A stretch of DNA of 61,333 nt, filler included. It is 7 parts of 7 records of this genome, joined end to end, with 100 filler letters (N's around TTAATTAATTAA, not from the genome) between each part and the next. Parts side by side here need not be neighbours in the genome. Positions count along the whole stretch, not along the records: positions 1 to 6,906 come from SRR31147125_16330; positions 7,007 to 19,262 come from SRR31147125_16357; 5 more parts are not named here. One strand, 5' to 3'. Both the position numbers and the translations under genes were made by a program. Positions 1 through 10,201 of the stretch are shown piece by piece (positions within the stretch are counted from its first letter, which is position 1; every line of letters begins with the position of its first letter). The notes below the pieces were generated by a model, which was not told the DNA's origin, did not search any database, and was given only the letters and a program-made list of their open reading frames with translations.

Positions 1-352
1 CCCAGTTTTCGTCGGCCACCAGGTGCATGAACAGGAACTTGTGGCGGAGCGTTGTGCCATGGAACAACGGGTTGAGAGATGCACCGATCAGCAGGTAGCG
101 CATATTGATCACGAGTACTGCGAGAATGATCTCCGCGACGGGAAGGGGCGGCACCCACATATCCACTATCACGAACTGGGCGGATCCGGCGAAAACGCTC
201 AAATTCATGATCAGCAACTGGTACCAGGTCAGCCCCTTCTGCGCGGCCATGAGGCCGAGAACGCTGCCGTAGGCACCCACCGAGAGGGCTACCACCAGGT
301 TGGCGGTGAAACCAGCCCGCAGGTCCTGCAGTTTTTCTGATCGACTATTCAT
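1..352 (-). CDS. azlC: AzlC-family branched-chain amino acid permease, 3' truncated by window start
   Basis: Not in ORF track. Manual translation from ATG 352: MNSRSEKLQDLRAGF...LSVFAGSAQFVIV...VINMRYLL...HLVADENW. FAGSAQF, NxRY and DE motifs are typical of AzlC. Start overlaps the yigZ stop. Confidence 0.85.
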   Translation of the reverse strand, partial: MNSRSEKLQDLRAGFTANLVVALSVGAYGSVLGLMAAQKGLTWYQLLIMNLSVFAGSAQFVIVDMWVPPLPVAEIILAVLVINMRYLLIGASLNPLFHGTTLRHKFLFMHLVADENW

Positions 353-962
353 TACTCTCGAAATGTACGGTACCTTTGCTGATCTCTATTATCTTTTTTC
401 TGAGTGGTTCCCGTGCCGATTCCGGCAGCAGGAAATCAAGCAGTATCCGGTCGGTAAAGGTCCGATTGATGATTTTACCACCATGTTCCACAAGCAGGGG
501 TTCACACAGGGGCAGCAGATTATAGTCGAGGTGAAGCTGAATTTGCAACATCGGTTGTCGTTCTTCTGTTTCGAGCCGGGCAAGTGCCTGCTGAACCGAT
601 GAGGTGTAGGCCCGTATCAGACCTCCCTTACCGAGTTTGATTCCACCGAAATATCTGATTACTGCAGCCCAGATTTCCCCGAAACCGCTGTGATCCAGCA
701 CGGTCAGCATCGGTCTTCCTGCTGTGCCCCTGGGTTCCCCGTCGTCACTCGAATTGCGTTCGGATGAGGATGGTGGTCCTGCGATATACGCCCAGCAGAT
801 ATGGTTGGCTTTCGGGTGCTCGGCTGCGAGTTTCGAGAGAACTTGATCCACATCGTATCGATTTTCACAGCAGCCGACGTGGCAGATAAATCGGCTGTGC
901 TTGATTACTTGCTCAGAACAGACGGCAGATGCGGGGACCTGATAACAGCGTGTATCTGTCAT
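345..962 (-). CDS. yigZ: YigZ/IMPACT family protein
   Basis: IKHSRF, HxCWAY, SDDGEPRGTAGRPML, RYFGGIKLGKGGLIRAY motifs. Start at MTDT (962) avoids overlap with the upstream gene. Confidence 0.92.
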   Translation of the reverse strand: MTDTRCYQVPASAVCSEQVIKHSRFICHVGCCENRYDVDQVLSKLAAEHPKANHICWAYIAGPPSSSERNSSDDGEPRGTAGRPMLTVLDHSGFGEIWAAVIRYFGGIKLGKGGLIRAYTSSVQQALARLETEERQPMLQIQLHLDYNLLPLCEPLLVEHGGKIINRTFTDRILLDFLLPESAREPLRKKIIEISKGTVHFESNE

Positions 963-978
963 GGCTGCGGGGCAAACG

Positions 979-1548
979 CTACGGCAGGAAAACGTAGACG
1001 GCACTGACGCTGAAAATCCACATGCAGCCGAGTGCGAGGGTGGCTTTGCCCTCGCTCAGTCCCTGCCCGACGACCATGCTCTGCCGGATCAGCTTGAATG
1101 ACCAGGCGAATACCAGCACTAGCGGGATCAGCAGGAGGAGTGGAATTGAGTCGGCCTGCCGGAAGTTGAGCGCCAGGTTCAGCAGCGGTGCGAGGAACCA
1201 GAACGGTACCGCTGCGAGACCGATGAGATCCATGATCAGCCACATGCCGCCCGGACCGCCGAAAGCCTTGGCCGCGGCCCAGTATATCAGGGTGAAACCG
1301 AGCAGCACCCCGAGCATCGTAAAGATGCCGTACATGGAGAACATGAGCGGTATGATAAGCGCGTACTTCCCTTGCATCGGCAGATCCGCCCCCTGCTGGA
1401 GCGCTCCGTAGAGATTGGACATACCAAAGGTAATGCCGACGATGGTCAGATTCACCATCAGGATAGTGCGGGCTTTTCCGGCGAGGGCGAGCTCGAACAG
1501 CTCGTCGGTGCCGGTGATCATCTGTGGCAGGAGTTGAAAGAAGTTCAT
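979..1548 (-). CDS. YIP1-like multi-pass membrane protein
   Basis: 189 aa, about 5 hydrophobic segments, AKAFGG and GLAAVP patterns resemble Yip1. Confidence 0.6.
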   Translation of the reverse strand: MNFFQLLPQMITGTDELFELALAGKARTILMVNLTIVGITFGMSNLYGALQQGADLPMQGKYALIIPLMFSMYGIFTMLGVLLGFTLIYWAAAKAFGGPGGMWLIMDLIGLAAVPFWFLAPLLNLALNFRQADSIPLLLLIPLVLVFAWSFKLIRQSMVVGQGLSEGKATLALGCMWIFSVSAVYVFLP

Positions 1549-1647
1549 TGGAGATGGCCGGGTAATAATAATCCGGGGACTGAATTTTTGTCGCGGGTTA
1601 TGCGAAAATTATTCTGTCCCCACCAGAAATATCAGCATGCTGCAACG

Positions 1648-1684
1648 AAAAACACCCGCCCCATGATGACCATGAAGCGGGTGT
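1648..1684 (-). terminator. Probable intrinsic terminator of the symporter gene
   Basis: ACACCCGC..CATG / CATG..GCGGGTGT stem followed by a T run on the minus strand. Confidence 0.6.
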
Positions 1685-1716
1685 CCCCGTTAGTGGTTAT
1701 CTGCTGTAACTATACC

Positions 1717-3366
1717 CTATGCCCAGCCACCCGGCAAGATTGCATAGATAGCGATGAGCGCACTGACGACGGCAACGATGACGCCTGCCCTGGTGCTGTT
1801 GTAGCGCTCGTCACTGTAGTCGGACCAGCCATGAATCCGGTCCACCAGCTCTTTGTCCTGCTGATGGGGGATCTTCACCATCAGCGCCGGCATGCGCTCG
1901 GTGATCATCGATACCGTGGTATGCAGGAAGAAGGTAAGCGGCACGCAGAAGAGCGATCCCGTCATCCCTACTTTTGCCTCCAGGCCGCCGCCGATCACGA
2001 TGCTCGGGAAGAAGTACGGAGCAACGACGATGTAGGTGATACCCGATACCAGACAGGCAACAGACGCGCCATAACGGTTCGCCGGTTTCCACCACACACC
2101 GAGGATGACCAGCGGTGCCATCGTGACACCGGCAAGACCGAATGCCCAGAGGATACTGACGACCAGGAAGTCCGGCGGATTCAGGGCGATCAGGATGGAG
2201 GCCGCGCCGCCACCGGCAATCGCACAGTAGCCGATGATCTTCATAGTTTGCTCGGAGAGATCCGGCTTGATTGTCGCGATGATGTCCTGGGCGATCATCG
2301 CGCCGATGGCCATCAGGTTCGCGCTGATGGTCGACAGACCGGCGGCGATTGCACCGGCGATAACGAATGCCAGTACCCAGGCCGGATTGTAGACCGAGTT
2401 GAGGATCAGGGTGATCTTGTCATAGTCGGTGGGGGCGATTCCCGCACCCGACGTTGCCTGGTAGAACACACCGGAGAAGCCCATCGTGTAGGTTGAGCAG
2501 AATACGATGCCGCAGAAGAAGGTGAACCAGACCATCGCGCCGCGGGCACTCTTCAGGTTCGCCGACGTGTAGACCCTCATACCGAGATGGGGAAGGCCCA
2601 TCGCGCCGAGAGTAAAGCATGGGATCAGTGCCAGGTACCATTTAAACCCGTACTTCATGTCGAAGAAATCCGGCACTGCTTCGAGCATACCGGGTACCAT
2701 GTCGGAATAGAGCAGGGGCGGAAAGTACCAGCCCGTACCACCCATGGCTTTCATGATCGCACCCAAGGGGATGACGAACGCGACACCCATCAAAATCATC
2801 TGGAACGCGGCGTTGTATGAGGTTCCGTACATGCCGCCGATGGTGACGTAACCGACGATCAGCGCACCACCACAGATCAGCGCGACGTTGTAGTTGATGC
2901 CGAACAGCATTTCGAACACCTTCGCGACGCCGATCATCTGGCCGAGGGCGTACATGACCATGATCAGGATCATGAAGACGACGGTAATGTACGACGTGCG
3001 TACGCCGTATCGTTCCCGAACGAAGTGCGCCGGGGTGAACGCGCCCATTCTCCTGAGCGGTGTCCCGTACCAGAGCGTGATCAGCGGGATCGACAGCGAG
3101 AACTGGATCCACATGTAGACGAACGGCACCTTGAGCTTCAGGATCAGGGCCGTTACGCCCATGAAGGTCGCCAGACTCATGTAACTCGACGCCATACCGA
3201 GACCGTTCGTGATCGATCCGATGGAGCGACCGGCAGTCCAGTAGTCAGTGGAAGATTTGGCCTTCTGCTGGGAATACCAGCCGATTGCGTAAAAAATGAT
3301 GAAAGATGCGCCGACAAAAATCATGCCAAGCATCGGAGACTCTAATGCCCACTTTTCATATTCCAT
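1717..3366 (-). CDS. Sodium:solute symporter (SSS), ActP-like carboxylate permease
   Basis: DYWTAGRSI, SSYMSLATFMG, MGLPHLGMRVYT, GAIAAGLST, WWKPANRYGA motifs; about 13-14 TM segments. Confidence 0.9.
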   Translation of the reverse strand: MEYEKWALESPMLGMIFVGASFIIFYAIGWYSQQKAKSSTDYWTAGRSIGSITNGLGMASSYMSLATFMGVTALILKLKVPFVYMWIQFSLSIPLITLWYGTPLRRMGAFTPAHFVRERYGVRTSYITVVFMILIMVMYALGQMIGVAKVFEMLFGINYNVALICGGALIVGYVTIGGMYGTSYNAAFQMILMGVAFVIPLGAIMKAMGGTGWYFPPLLYSDMVPGMLEAVPDFFDMKYGFKWYLALIPCFTLGAMGLPHLGMRVYTSANLKSARGAMVWFTFFCGIVFCSTYTMGFSGVFYQATSGAGIAPTDYDKITLILNSVYNPAWVLAFVIAGAIAAGLSTISANLMAIGAMIAQDIIATIKPDLSEQTMKIIGYCAIAGGGAASILIALNPPDFLVVSILWAFGLAGVTMAPLVILGVWWKPANRYGASVACLVSGITYIVVAPYFFPSIVIGGGLEAKVGMTGSLFCVPLTFFLHTTVSMITERMPALMVKIPHQQDKELVDRIHGWSDYSDERYNSTRAGVIVAVVSALIAIYAILPGGWA

Positions 3367-3379
3367 ATCTCTTCACCCC

Positions 3380-3643
3380 CTACTCAGTAGAATCCGCAGA
3401 ACCGCTCAACGCTTCGATCTCGTCATCGAGGTCGTTGGTCAGTTTGGCCTGAACAGCAACAACAACCATCAGCACGATCCACCCGAATATAACCGGGATG
3501 ATATACTGGGACGGAAACCCGAACACCATCTTGTTCTGAAATGCGGGAAAGGCAACGAAGAACAAGCCGAGATGCCCGCAGATGAGTAGTAGGACGCTGA
3601 AGACCAGCGTATAACGAATTTCCTTTTTGTACGCGCTATTCAT
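3380..3643 (-). CDS. Small two-TM SSS partner protein (DUF485/DUF4212-like)
   Basis: 87 aa, two hydrophobic segments, FGFP motif, C-terminal NxLD; 13 nt upstream of the SSS gene; AGGAGGAG RBS. Confidence 0.75.
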   Translation of the reverse strand: MNSAYKKEIRYTLVFSVLLLICGHLGLFFVAFPAFQNKMVFGFPSQYIIPVIFGWIVLMVVVAVQAKLTNDLDDEIEALSGSADSTE

Positions 3644-3925
3644 GCTCTCCTCCTTGGCAAAATAACTGCATTCAGATTTTCCCGAACAGCTTTGACGGGC
3701 GATGAAATAGCCGCCGCCTGCCGGTACTGCATCAGGATGGGTTTGAGAAACGGTTTTTTATGCGGGCAGCGGGTGGGATAGCAATACACCGCTGGTCACA
3801 TCCTGTTAAGTAACGCTCTGCTGTATCTCTCTGGAAAACCAGGATAAATCAATCGTTCTTAATATGACGTACATCCCGTCCGGGTCTAGGTCCCGCCGGG
3901 TTGACCAGCAATGTGTGGAGAATGT

Positions 3926-3944
3926 CTACCGAGCGCTCGTTCAG
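3926..3944. promoter_or_regulatory. Palindromic operator copy 1 (core CGAGCGCTCG)
   Basis: CGAGCGCTCGTTC at 3930-3942 is repeated exactly at 4113-4125. Confidence 0.55.
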
Positions 3945-4107
3945 GTTCCGGTCAAAATAAATGCCCGATCATGCTGCAGAGGGGATTTCGGGTGAGTCTG
4001 GGCCGTGCCGGTAAACTGAAGGATTTCGTACTCGATTCGTGTCGTTCTGACTCCTCCCGGTAAGAAAAAGGATGAGCGCTTTTTCATGAATACGGGTAAA
4101 AAGTAAA

Positions 4108-4127
4108 CTGAGCGAGCGCTCGTTCTT
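4108..4127. promoter_or_regulatory. Palindromic operator copy 2
   Basis: CTGAG-CGAGCGCTCG-TTCTT in the divergent intergenic region. Confidence 0.55.
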
Positions 4128-4296
4128 ATTCGTTTTCGATTTAAATTCACCCGAACGTATTTGTCAATGATTTTTATATGTGGATACTAACCGCATCAGA
4201 TCGTTACTTTTTATCCGTGAAACCGTGTATAGTGGGCTCAATTTCAGTTATTCGAGTGACAGGCAGGAAACCTTATCGCGAGGGACCACGGGGCTG

Positions 4297-4818
4297 ATGG
4301 AAAGAGCAGGAAGAGTTATCATCCACACCGGTGACGGCAAGGGAAAAACAACAGCGGCCCTGGGAACAGCCTTCAGGGCACTCGGGCATGGCCACAAGGT
4401 GTGTGTCGTACAGTTCATCAAGGGGCAGGGCAAATACGGCGAGCGGCTGCTGGCCGAGAAGCTCGATAATCTGGAGTGGCATATCTGTGGAAAGGGGTTC
4501 GTATTCAGAAAAGAAGAGATCGAAGCAGACCGGAGAGCGGCGGAGGAAGGGTTTGCACTCGCCAGGAAACTGATCGAGAGTGATTGTTACGACCTCCTCA
4601 TTCTTGACGAGTTGACGTACCTGCCGTCGTTTGGCTTTCTGCCGGTGGAGACGATCGTGGAGGCCATTGCAAACAAGCCCCGCCGCCTGACGGTGATCAT
4701 AACCGGACGCAATGCGGCGTCGGAGCTGGTTGCTCTTGCGGACACCGTTTCCGAGATCAACGTAGTGAAACACGCGTACCAGAGTGGCATAAAGGCACAG
4801 AAAGGGGTTGAGTTCTAA
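4297..4818 (+). CDS. cobO: Cob(I)yrinic acid a,c-diamide adenosyltransferase
   Basis: HTGDGKGKTTAALG, VVQFIKG, LILDE, IITGRNA, ADTVSE, KHAY..GIKAQKGVEF. Confidence 0.95.
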   Translation: MERAGRVIIHTGDGKGKTTAALGTAFRALGHGHKVCVVQFIKGQGKYGERLLAEKLDNLEWHICGKGFVFRKEEIEADRRAAEEGFALARKLIESDCYDLLILDELTYLPSFGFLPVETIVEAIANKPRRLTVIITGRNAASELVALADTVSEINVVKHAYQSGIKAQKGVEF

Positions 4819-4834
4819 TGGCTGCCGGGGAGGG

Positions 4835-5980
4835 ATGATGACGGGAAGTCTTGCGGGAATCAAAGTTCTGGATCTTTCGCGGCTGCTGCCGGGGCCGTAC
4901 TGCTCGATGATTCTGGCAGATCATGGGGCCGAGGTGATCTCTATCGAAGATCGGCGCTTTGAGGATGACCAGTTGTTCTTCGAGACCATGTATCGAAATA
5001 AAAAGCACCTGAGTCTAAACCTGAAGTCGGAGGAGGGCAAAGCTGTTTTTTTCAAGCTGACAGCGGATGCCGACATTATCATCGAGGGGTTTCGTCCCGG
5101 TGTTGCGGCAAGGCTCGGGGTGGACTACGCCACCATACACAGGAAATTCCCGCGCATTATCTACTGTTCGATCACCGGCTACGGACAGGATGGTCCCTAT
5201 CGAGATCGGGCCGGGCACGATGTGAATTACCTTGCGTCCTCCGGGATTCTCGACCTGATCGGCCCCGCCGACGAGCCGCCGTCTATACCGGGCATCCAGA
5301 TTGCCGATATCGGCGGGGGCGGTATGAACGCGGTGATCGGCATTCTGCTGGCGCTGGTGGCGCGATCCACGACCGGGACGGGGCAGTTTGTGGATATTTC
5401 CATGACCGACGGCCTGCTCGGCTTTCTCAGTCTCCCGCACTACTTCTATACGCAGTCGGGTCTGTCACTGCATCGCTCTCGTGAGTTGCTGTCTCACAAA
5501 TATGCGTGTTACAACACGTACGAGGCGGCAGACGGCACGTGTATCGCGGTCGGCGCACTGGAAAACCGTTTCTGGAAGAGGCTTTGCGTTGTTCTGGGAG
5601 TTGAACAATACGGCGATATGCAATTCGATGAAGCGTTGCGGGAGGTGATCATTTCCGAGCTCGCGGCTATCTTCAGGGAGCACAGTGCAGAAGAGTGGGA
5701 AGCCCGGTTCGGTGACGACGATGTCTGCTGCTGCAGGATCATTTCCTTTGAAGAGGCCCTTCACCACCCGCTTTTCGAGGCGCGCGAAATGGCGGTCGAT
5801 GTCGAGGGAAGAGACGGAAAACCCGTGCGTACCTTCGGGGTTTCGGTAAAGCTGAGTGAGACTCCCGGCTCCATCAGGACGTCACCTGCATGTTTCGGGC
5901 AGCATACCGATGAGATCCTGGCAGGGCTCGGGTATTCAGGGGAAGAGATCGCGCGCTTTCGAACTGATCGGATTGTTTGA
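4835..5980 (+). CDS. CaiB/BaiF class III CoA-transferase, alpha-methylacyl-CoA racemase-like
   Basis: KVLDLSRLLPGPYC, EGFRPGV, SITGYGQDGP, AGHDVNY, GQFVDISM, FGQHTDEIL. Confidence 0.92.
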   Translation: MMTGSLAGIKVLDLSRLLPGPYCSMILADHGAEVISIEDRRFEDDQLFFETMYRNKKHLSLNLKSEEGKAVFFKLTADADIIIEGFRPGVAARLGVDYATIHRKFPRIIYCSITGYGQDGPYRDRAGHDVNYLASSGILDLIGPADEPPSIPGIQIADIGGGGMNAVIGILLALVARSTTGTGQFVDISMTDGLLGFLSLPHYFYTQSGLSLHRSRELLSHKYACYNTYEAADGTCIAVGALENRFWKRLCVVLGVEQYGDMQFDEALREVIISELAAIFREHSAEEWEARFGDDDVCCCRIISFEEALHHPLFEAREMAVDVEGRDGKPVRTFGVSVKLSETPGSIRTSPACFGQHTDEILAGLGYSGEEIARFRTDRIV

Positions 5981-6030
5981 GGAATGTGCCGAATTCAGAG
6001 GGCGAGGGGAAGAATTAAAGGGATTATTGC

Positions 6031-6906
6031 ATGAACACCAGCTATACGGATTTTTTCAAAGTATTTTCCCAGGTGAGCAAGGCAATTCATTCGGGGGAGA
6101 ATACGACCGAGATACTCGAGCATATCGTCCGCAATATCAAAGAGATTCTCGGTGCAAAAGGGTGCATCTACTGGATAGTCGATCAGGATAACGAGAAAAT
6201 CGAGACGATGGTGTCCGATGGGTTTCCGTACCGCAGCCTCTCCAATGTGAACTACGAAGAACTCACCCATATATTCGATGGTAATGAAGGACCGCTGGTG
6301 TGGATAGAGGATGCCAAAACCGACAGCCGCATACCCGACCTCGATACGATCGGCAAGCGCAGTGTCGGGTCGATCACCGGAATGTTCTTCGATATCATCG
6401 GTAAGTACCGCGGGATTCTTGCCGTCTATTTCTATTCCTACAAGCAACTGAGTACAGAGGAAATCGAGATCCTCACGTCCCTTGGCGAGCAGGGGGCGAT
6501 TGCGCTGCACAAGGCGTTCAGCTATGACGAGAAGATGCTGCAGAGTCTGCGACAGATGGTGGAGGGGTTCACCCTGGCGCTGGAGGCCAAGGATGAGTCG
6601 ACCCATGGCCACTCAGTGCGTGTCGCCAAATTTGCAAAGGCGGTTGCGGAGCAGATGGAATTGCCGAAGAACGAGATTGAAACCATCTATCATGGCGGCC
6701 TGCTGCACGATATCGGCAAGATCGGCATGAATGACGATATCCTCGAGCGTCTCGGTATCCTGTCACGCAAGGAAATGGACATTGTCAGACAGCATCCGGA
6801 GGTCGGGGCGCGCATTGCGAAGCCGCTGAAATTCCTGAACGACGTGGTCCCGCTGATTCTGCATCATCACGAGCGCTACGACGGCAGCGGGTACCCGCAT
6901 GGCCTG
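6031..6906 (+). CDS. GAF + HD-GYP c-di-GMP phosphodiesterase, 3' truncated
   Basis: N-terminal GAF-like region; THGHSVRVA, LLHDIGKI, HHHERYDGSGYPHGL. Confidence 0.92.
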
Positions 6907-7006
6907 NNNNNNNNNNNNNNNNNNNNNNNNNNNNNNNNNNNNNNNNNNNNTTAATTAATTAANNNNNNNNNNNNNNNNNNNNNNNNNNNNNNNNNNNNNN
7001 NNNNNN
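6907..7006. other. Artificial contig spacer
   Basis: N44-TTAATTAATTAA-N44; genes truncated on both sides; composition changes abruptly. Confidence 0.98.
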
Positions 7007-7007
7007 T

Positions 7008-7571
7008 TTTTCCGGACTGACAGCATGGTCTCAAACTCAGACCAATGGAGCAAAAGGGAGTCTTAACGCCGAAATTGGCATCTGGAAGCCTAGTTCACTT
7101 GATGATGAACCCTCAAAGCCATTTAAAAATATCAAGGGAGCCACGCCTACTTTTGGTTTGTCATTACGTTCTCCTGATTGGAACAGCATGGCACTTCGGG
7201 CCAGTTTTTATCAATGGAAACATGACAATCCCGATAATACACTGGATTTAGAATCAACATCCCTTCGCAATCTCTCATTTGACCTGGAATACTATATCCT
7301 TGATAATTTTACAGTGAGACCCTATGCAACATATGGGATAACACTTTTATGGATTCAGGAAAAATTCGCGGAGAGTCATGAAAAACAAAGCTCTTTTAAT
7401 TACACAAATTTGGGTTTCAGTGTGGGTTTTGGAGTCGATTTATTACTATTAAAGCATTGGGGATTGGGGTTGGAGTATCAGTATCTTTACTCTAAACTGG
7501 ATGAAAAAACAGGAGTTTCTGATAATTACAGCGGTCCGAAATTAACCTGTAAGATATTATTTTTATTTTAA
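7008..7571 (+). CDS. Outer-membrane beta-barrel protein, 5' truncated
   Basis: Frame is open from the contig edge; amphipathic strands (VRPYATYG, GFSVGFGVD, LGLEYQYLY); C-terminal Phe. Confidence 0.75.
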   Translation, partial: FSGLTAWSQTQTNGAKGSLNAEIGIWKPSSLDDEPSKPFKNIKGATPTFGLSLRSPDWNSMALRASFYQWKHDNPDNTLDLESTSLRNLSFDLEYYILDNFTVRPYATYGITLLWIQEKFAESHEKQSSFNYTNLGFSVGFGVDLLLLKHWGLGLEYQYLYSKLDEKTGVSDNYSGPKLTCKILFLF

Positions 7572-7637
7572 TACCCTAATAAAATCCTGAATGGATTATT
7601 AGAATGAATTCTAGAAAGAATGACTGACAGTAATCCG

Positions 7638-9110
7638 TTATTCGATAGCTTGGTTTTCCAAAATCAAGTCATAATAGGCTTTTGAAAAGGGGCCACGTGG
7701 TTCGGCATTTGCCATTTCCTGCATCCAGGACTGCCATTTTCTTCTTATTTCTTCTTCAAGTTCAGGCTTGTCAGCAGAGAGATTCCTTTGTTCCCCTTTA
7801 TCCTTTGACAAGTCATACAATTCACCGGTCTCATCTTTTGGTAATTCCCACCTTTTGTCTTGTGTCTCCAAGGCCCACTTGTAATGGCCAATACGTGCAG
7901 CACGTTTTCCACGTAATTCCCAAAAAAGTTCCTTTCGGGGTGAAGGTTTTTGTTTTGTTAATACATTGAGAATATTATGGCCATCAAGGGTTATACCGGA
8001 ATTAGCCTTTACCCCTGTAATATCCAGCAGTGTTGGAAATAAATCGAGTGTACAACAAAATTCATTGCTGGTAACTCCTTTGGGTATGTATCCAGGCCAT
8101 TTCGCGATAAAAGGAACCCTAAGGCCTCCCTCATACATGGACCCCTTGCCTCCACGAAGCGGTGAATTATCGCCGGTGCTGCCGGCACCATTATCACTAA
8201 AAAACAAAACCAGTGTATCGTTTTCCAGGCCAGATTCCCGGATTTTTTTAAGAATCTCACCAACCGCCGCATCCATACAAGTCACGTTTGCCATATATCG
8301 AGTGCGCTTATCCGTAGGAGACTTTTGATATAATTGAATAAAATTCTCGGGAGCTTGCGGCCCCGTTCTTTCCAGATTCGATGGACTATGGGGTGCATTA
8401 AAAGCAACATATAGAAAAAATGGATTTTGTTTATTTCGTTCAATAAACCGGATGGCCTCTCTTTTGAACAGATCCGTTGCGTAGCCCTTTTCTTTAATAC
8501 GTTTATTCCCACAATACATTGAAGGAATTCCATATCTTTCATGAGTCCAGTAATCGATGCCAGTATTGGCAAATCCATAAAAGAAATCAAATCCCCGTTG
8601 CAGAGGTAAATATCTGTGAGCGCGACCACTATCCCATTTACCGACAATACCTGTCTTATAACCAGCTTTTTTTAATACCTGTGCTATGGTAACCTCTCTT
8701 AAATCCAGGCCTTGTGTCATTTCCGGTGATGACACATATTCCAGCTCTTTGTAGCGATGTTTATAGTTCACCATGTTATTGCGGATATTCTCAAATAAAC
8801 CATTCCGATGTGGATATCGACCTGTGAGCAAGCCGCTTCGGGAAGGGGTACAAACAGAACATGTGACATACCAGCTGGTTAATCGCAAACCCTCAGAAGC
8901 CAATTTGTCAAGGTGTGGTGTTTTAATATCAGAACCTCCGAAACAGCCAAGATCTGAATAACCCTGATCATCTGTCACAATAAGCAACACATTGGGCTTT
9001 CTGTTCTTTTCTTTAGTGCATCTGATGAACGGCAAACCCAGAGCGACACCTGCCAATAATCGTGTAAAACGACGTCGATTCATTGGATTAATTGGACTTT
9101 TGAAATTCAT
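7638..9110 (-). CDS. Formylglycine-dependent (S1) sulfatase with Tat-like signal
   Basis: PNVLLIVTDDQG, CTPSRSGLLTGR, SDNG, KGSMYEGGLRVP; N-terminal NRRRF. Confidence 0.95.
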   Translation of the reverse strand: MNFKSPINPMNRRRFTRLLAGVALGLPFIRCTKEKNRKPNVLLIVTDDQGYSDLGCFGGSDIKTPHLDKLASEGLRLTSWYVTCSVCTPSRSGLLTGRYPHRNGLFENIRNNMVNYKHRYKELEYVSSPEMTQGLDLREVTIAQVLKKAGYKTGIVGKWDSGRAHRYLPLQRGFDFFYGFANTGIDYWTHERYGIPSMYCGNKRIKEKGYATDLFKREAIRFIERNKQNPFFLYVAFNAPHSPSNLERTGPQAPENFIQLYQKSPTDKRTRYMANVTCMDAAVGEILKKIRESGLENDTLVLFFSDNGAGSTGDNSPLRGGKGSMYEGGLRVPFIAKWPGYIPKGVTSNEFCCTLDLFPTLLDITGVKANSGITLDGHNILNVLTKQKPSPRKELFWELRGKRAARIGHYKWALETQDKRWELPKDETGELYDLSKDKGEQRNLSADKPELEEEIRRKWQSWMQEMANAEPRGPFSKAYYDLILENQAIE

Positions 9111-9152
9111 TTTATTTTGAGATTTTATGATACTTTTCCGATATGAAATTAG

Positions 9153-10115
9153 CTACAATTGAGCATCCTTTATCCATGATCGCAATAATGTCAAATCTTT
9201 TTTCATAGCCTGAAGCACATGCACCTTTGGAATAGTCAATTTTCTATGGCCATGATCGGCACCACCGAGTGGATATTCATAGTGCAATGAGATAGGTCCG
9301 TTTACACCAAGTTTTTTCACCAATTCAAAATAAGTCGTGAAATCGACCATACCTTTGCCTAACGCAACATTTTTAGCTTTCCATTTTCCGTCCACCTTGG
9401 CCCAGACAAAATCCTTAATAGCGGTTATTTTGATATAGTCACTTAACAGTTCCATGCCAAGTGGCCATGAATAACCACCCTCAAGAGTCGCATGACGTAC
9501 ATCATACTGACACCCCATCCAGCGTGGATCCAAACCATTTAAAAGATGCCACAGATCCCACACCGGACCGCCGACTCTTGTACCAGCATGATTCTGATAC
9601 GCACCATGAATGTTATAACTCTTGTTCATTTCTGCCAAATCGGCCATAACAGGTTTCAGATTTTCCAGGTTTTTGGCCACGCTTACTGAATCATTATATT
9701 TTAAATATCCCATTCGATAATATCGTATTCCAAGTTTGCTGGCTGTTTTTAATACCAGTTCGGTCGTTGGATCTGTCGGATCATTTATAGCAGTTGTCAT
9801 CATGTAAACATCCAGGCCTGCTTTTCTTACAGCCTCAACTGCCTTTGGCAAATTTTCTTCTACCTTGGTTGGAGAAACATGTCCACCCGGTCTCACTGTC
9901 AGATCAATGCCATCAAATCCGATTCCAGCCGCTGTTTCAGCCATTTCCTTGTAATTACACCATTGTAAATGTTTCGAAAAAACACATATAGGTCTTTTCT
10001 TACGGACATTTTTAGAAAATCCCGAAACCGGTAATACTGCCCCCGTGGCAAGGACTCCGGATAAGAATGTTCTGCGTGTCATCCCAGTCGGACAAACGTT
10101 GTCAACAATACTCAT
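9153..10115 (-). CDS. Sugar-phosphate isomerase/epimerase-like TIM barrel (AP endonuclease 2 fold), Tat signal
   Basis: TRRTFL signal; FSKHLQ, GFDGIDLTVRPGGH, YQNH, QYDVRH, KDF, ISLHYEY. Confidence 0.88.
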   Translation of the reverse strand: MSIVDNVCPTGMTRRTFLSGVLATGAVLPVSGFSKNVRKKRPICVFSKHLQWCNYKEMAETAAGIGFDGIDLTVRPGGHVSPTKVEENLPKAVEAVRKAGLDVYMMTTAINDPTDPTTELVLKTASKLGIRYYRMGYLKYNDSVSVAKNLENLKPVMADLAEMNKSYNIHGAYQNHAGTRVGGPVWDLWHLLNGLDPRWMGCQYDVRHATLEGGYSWPLGMELLSDYIKITAIKDFVWAKVDGKWKAKNVALGKGMVDFTTYFELVKKLGVNGPISLHYEYPLGGADHGHRKLTIPKVHVLQAMKKDLTLLRSWIKDAQL

Positions 10116-10201
10116 GACTATACTCCTAATACTTTGATCTCCTGGCTCTCAGCCCATTTCAAATTCAGAAGGTTGAAACAATATTTTAATACTTTAACTT
10201 T

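Noticed and set aside
1372-2496. 374-aa plus-strand ORF and other antisense ORFs in GC-rich contigs
   Set aside because: Shadow frames of well-supported genes; no recognisable motifs.
3644-4296. Cobalamin, fluoride or c-di-GMP riboswitch near cobO/SSS
   Set aside because: No B12 box. GGCGATG at about 3698 is on the wrong strand for the symporter and lacks the downstream pseudoknot. No GEMM core.
6031-6906. HD domain as a Cas3 or defence nuclease
   Set aside because: Has the HD-GYP motif and a GAF sensor; an ordinary c-di-GMP phosphodiesterase.
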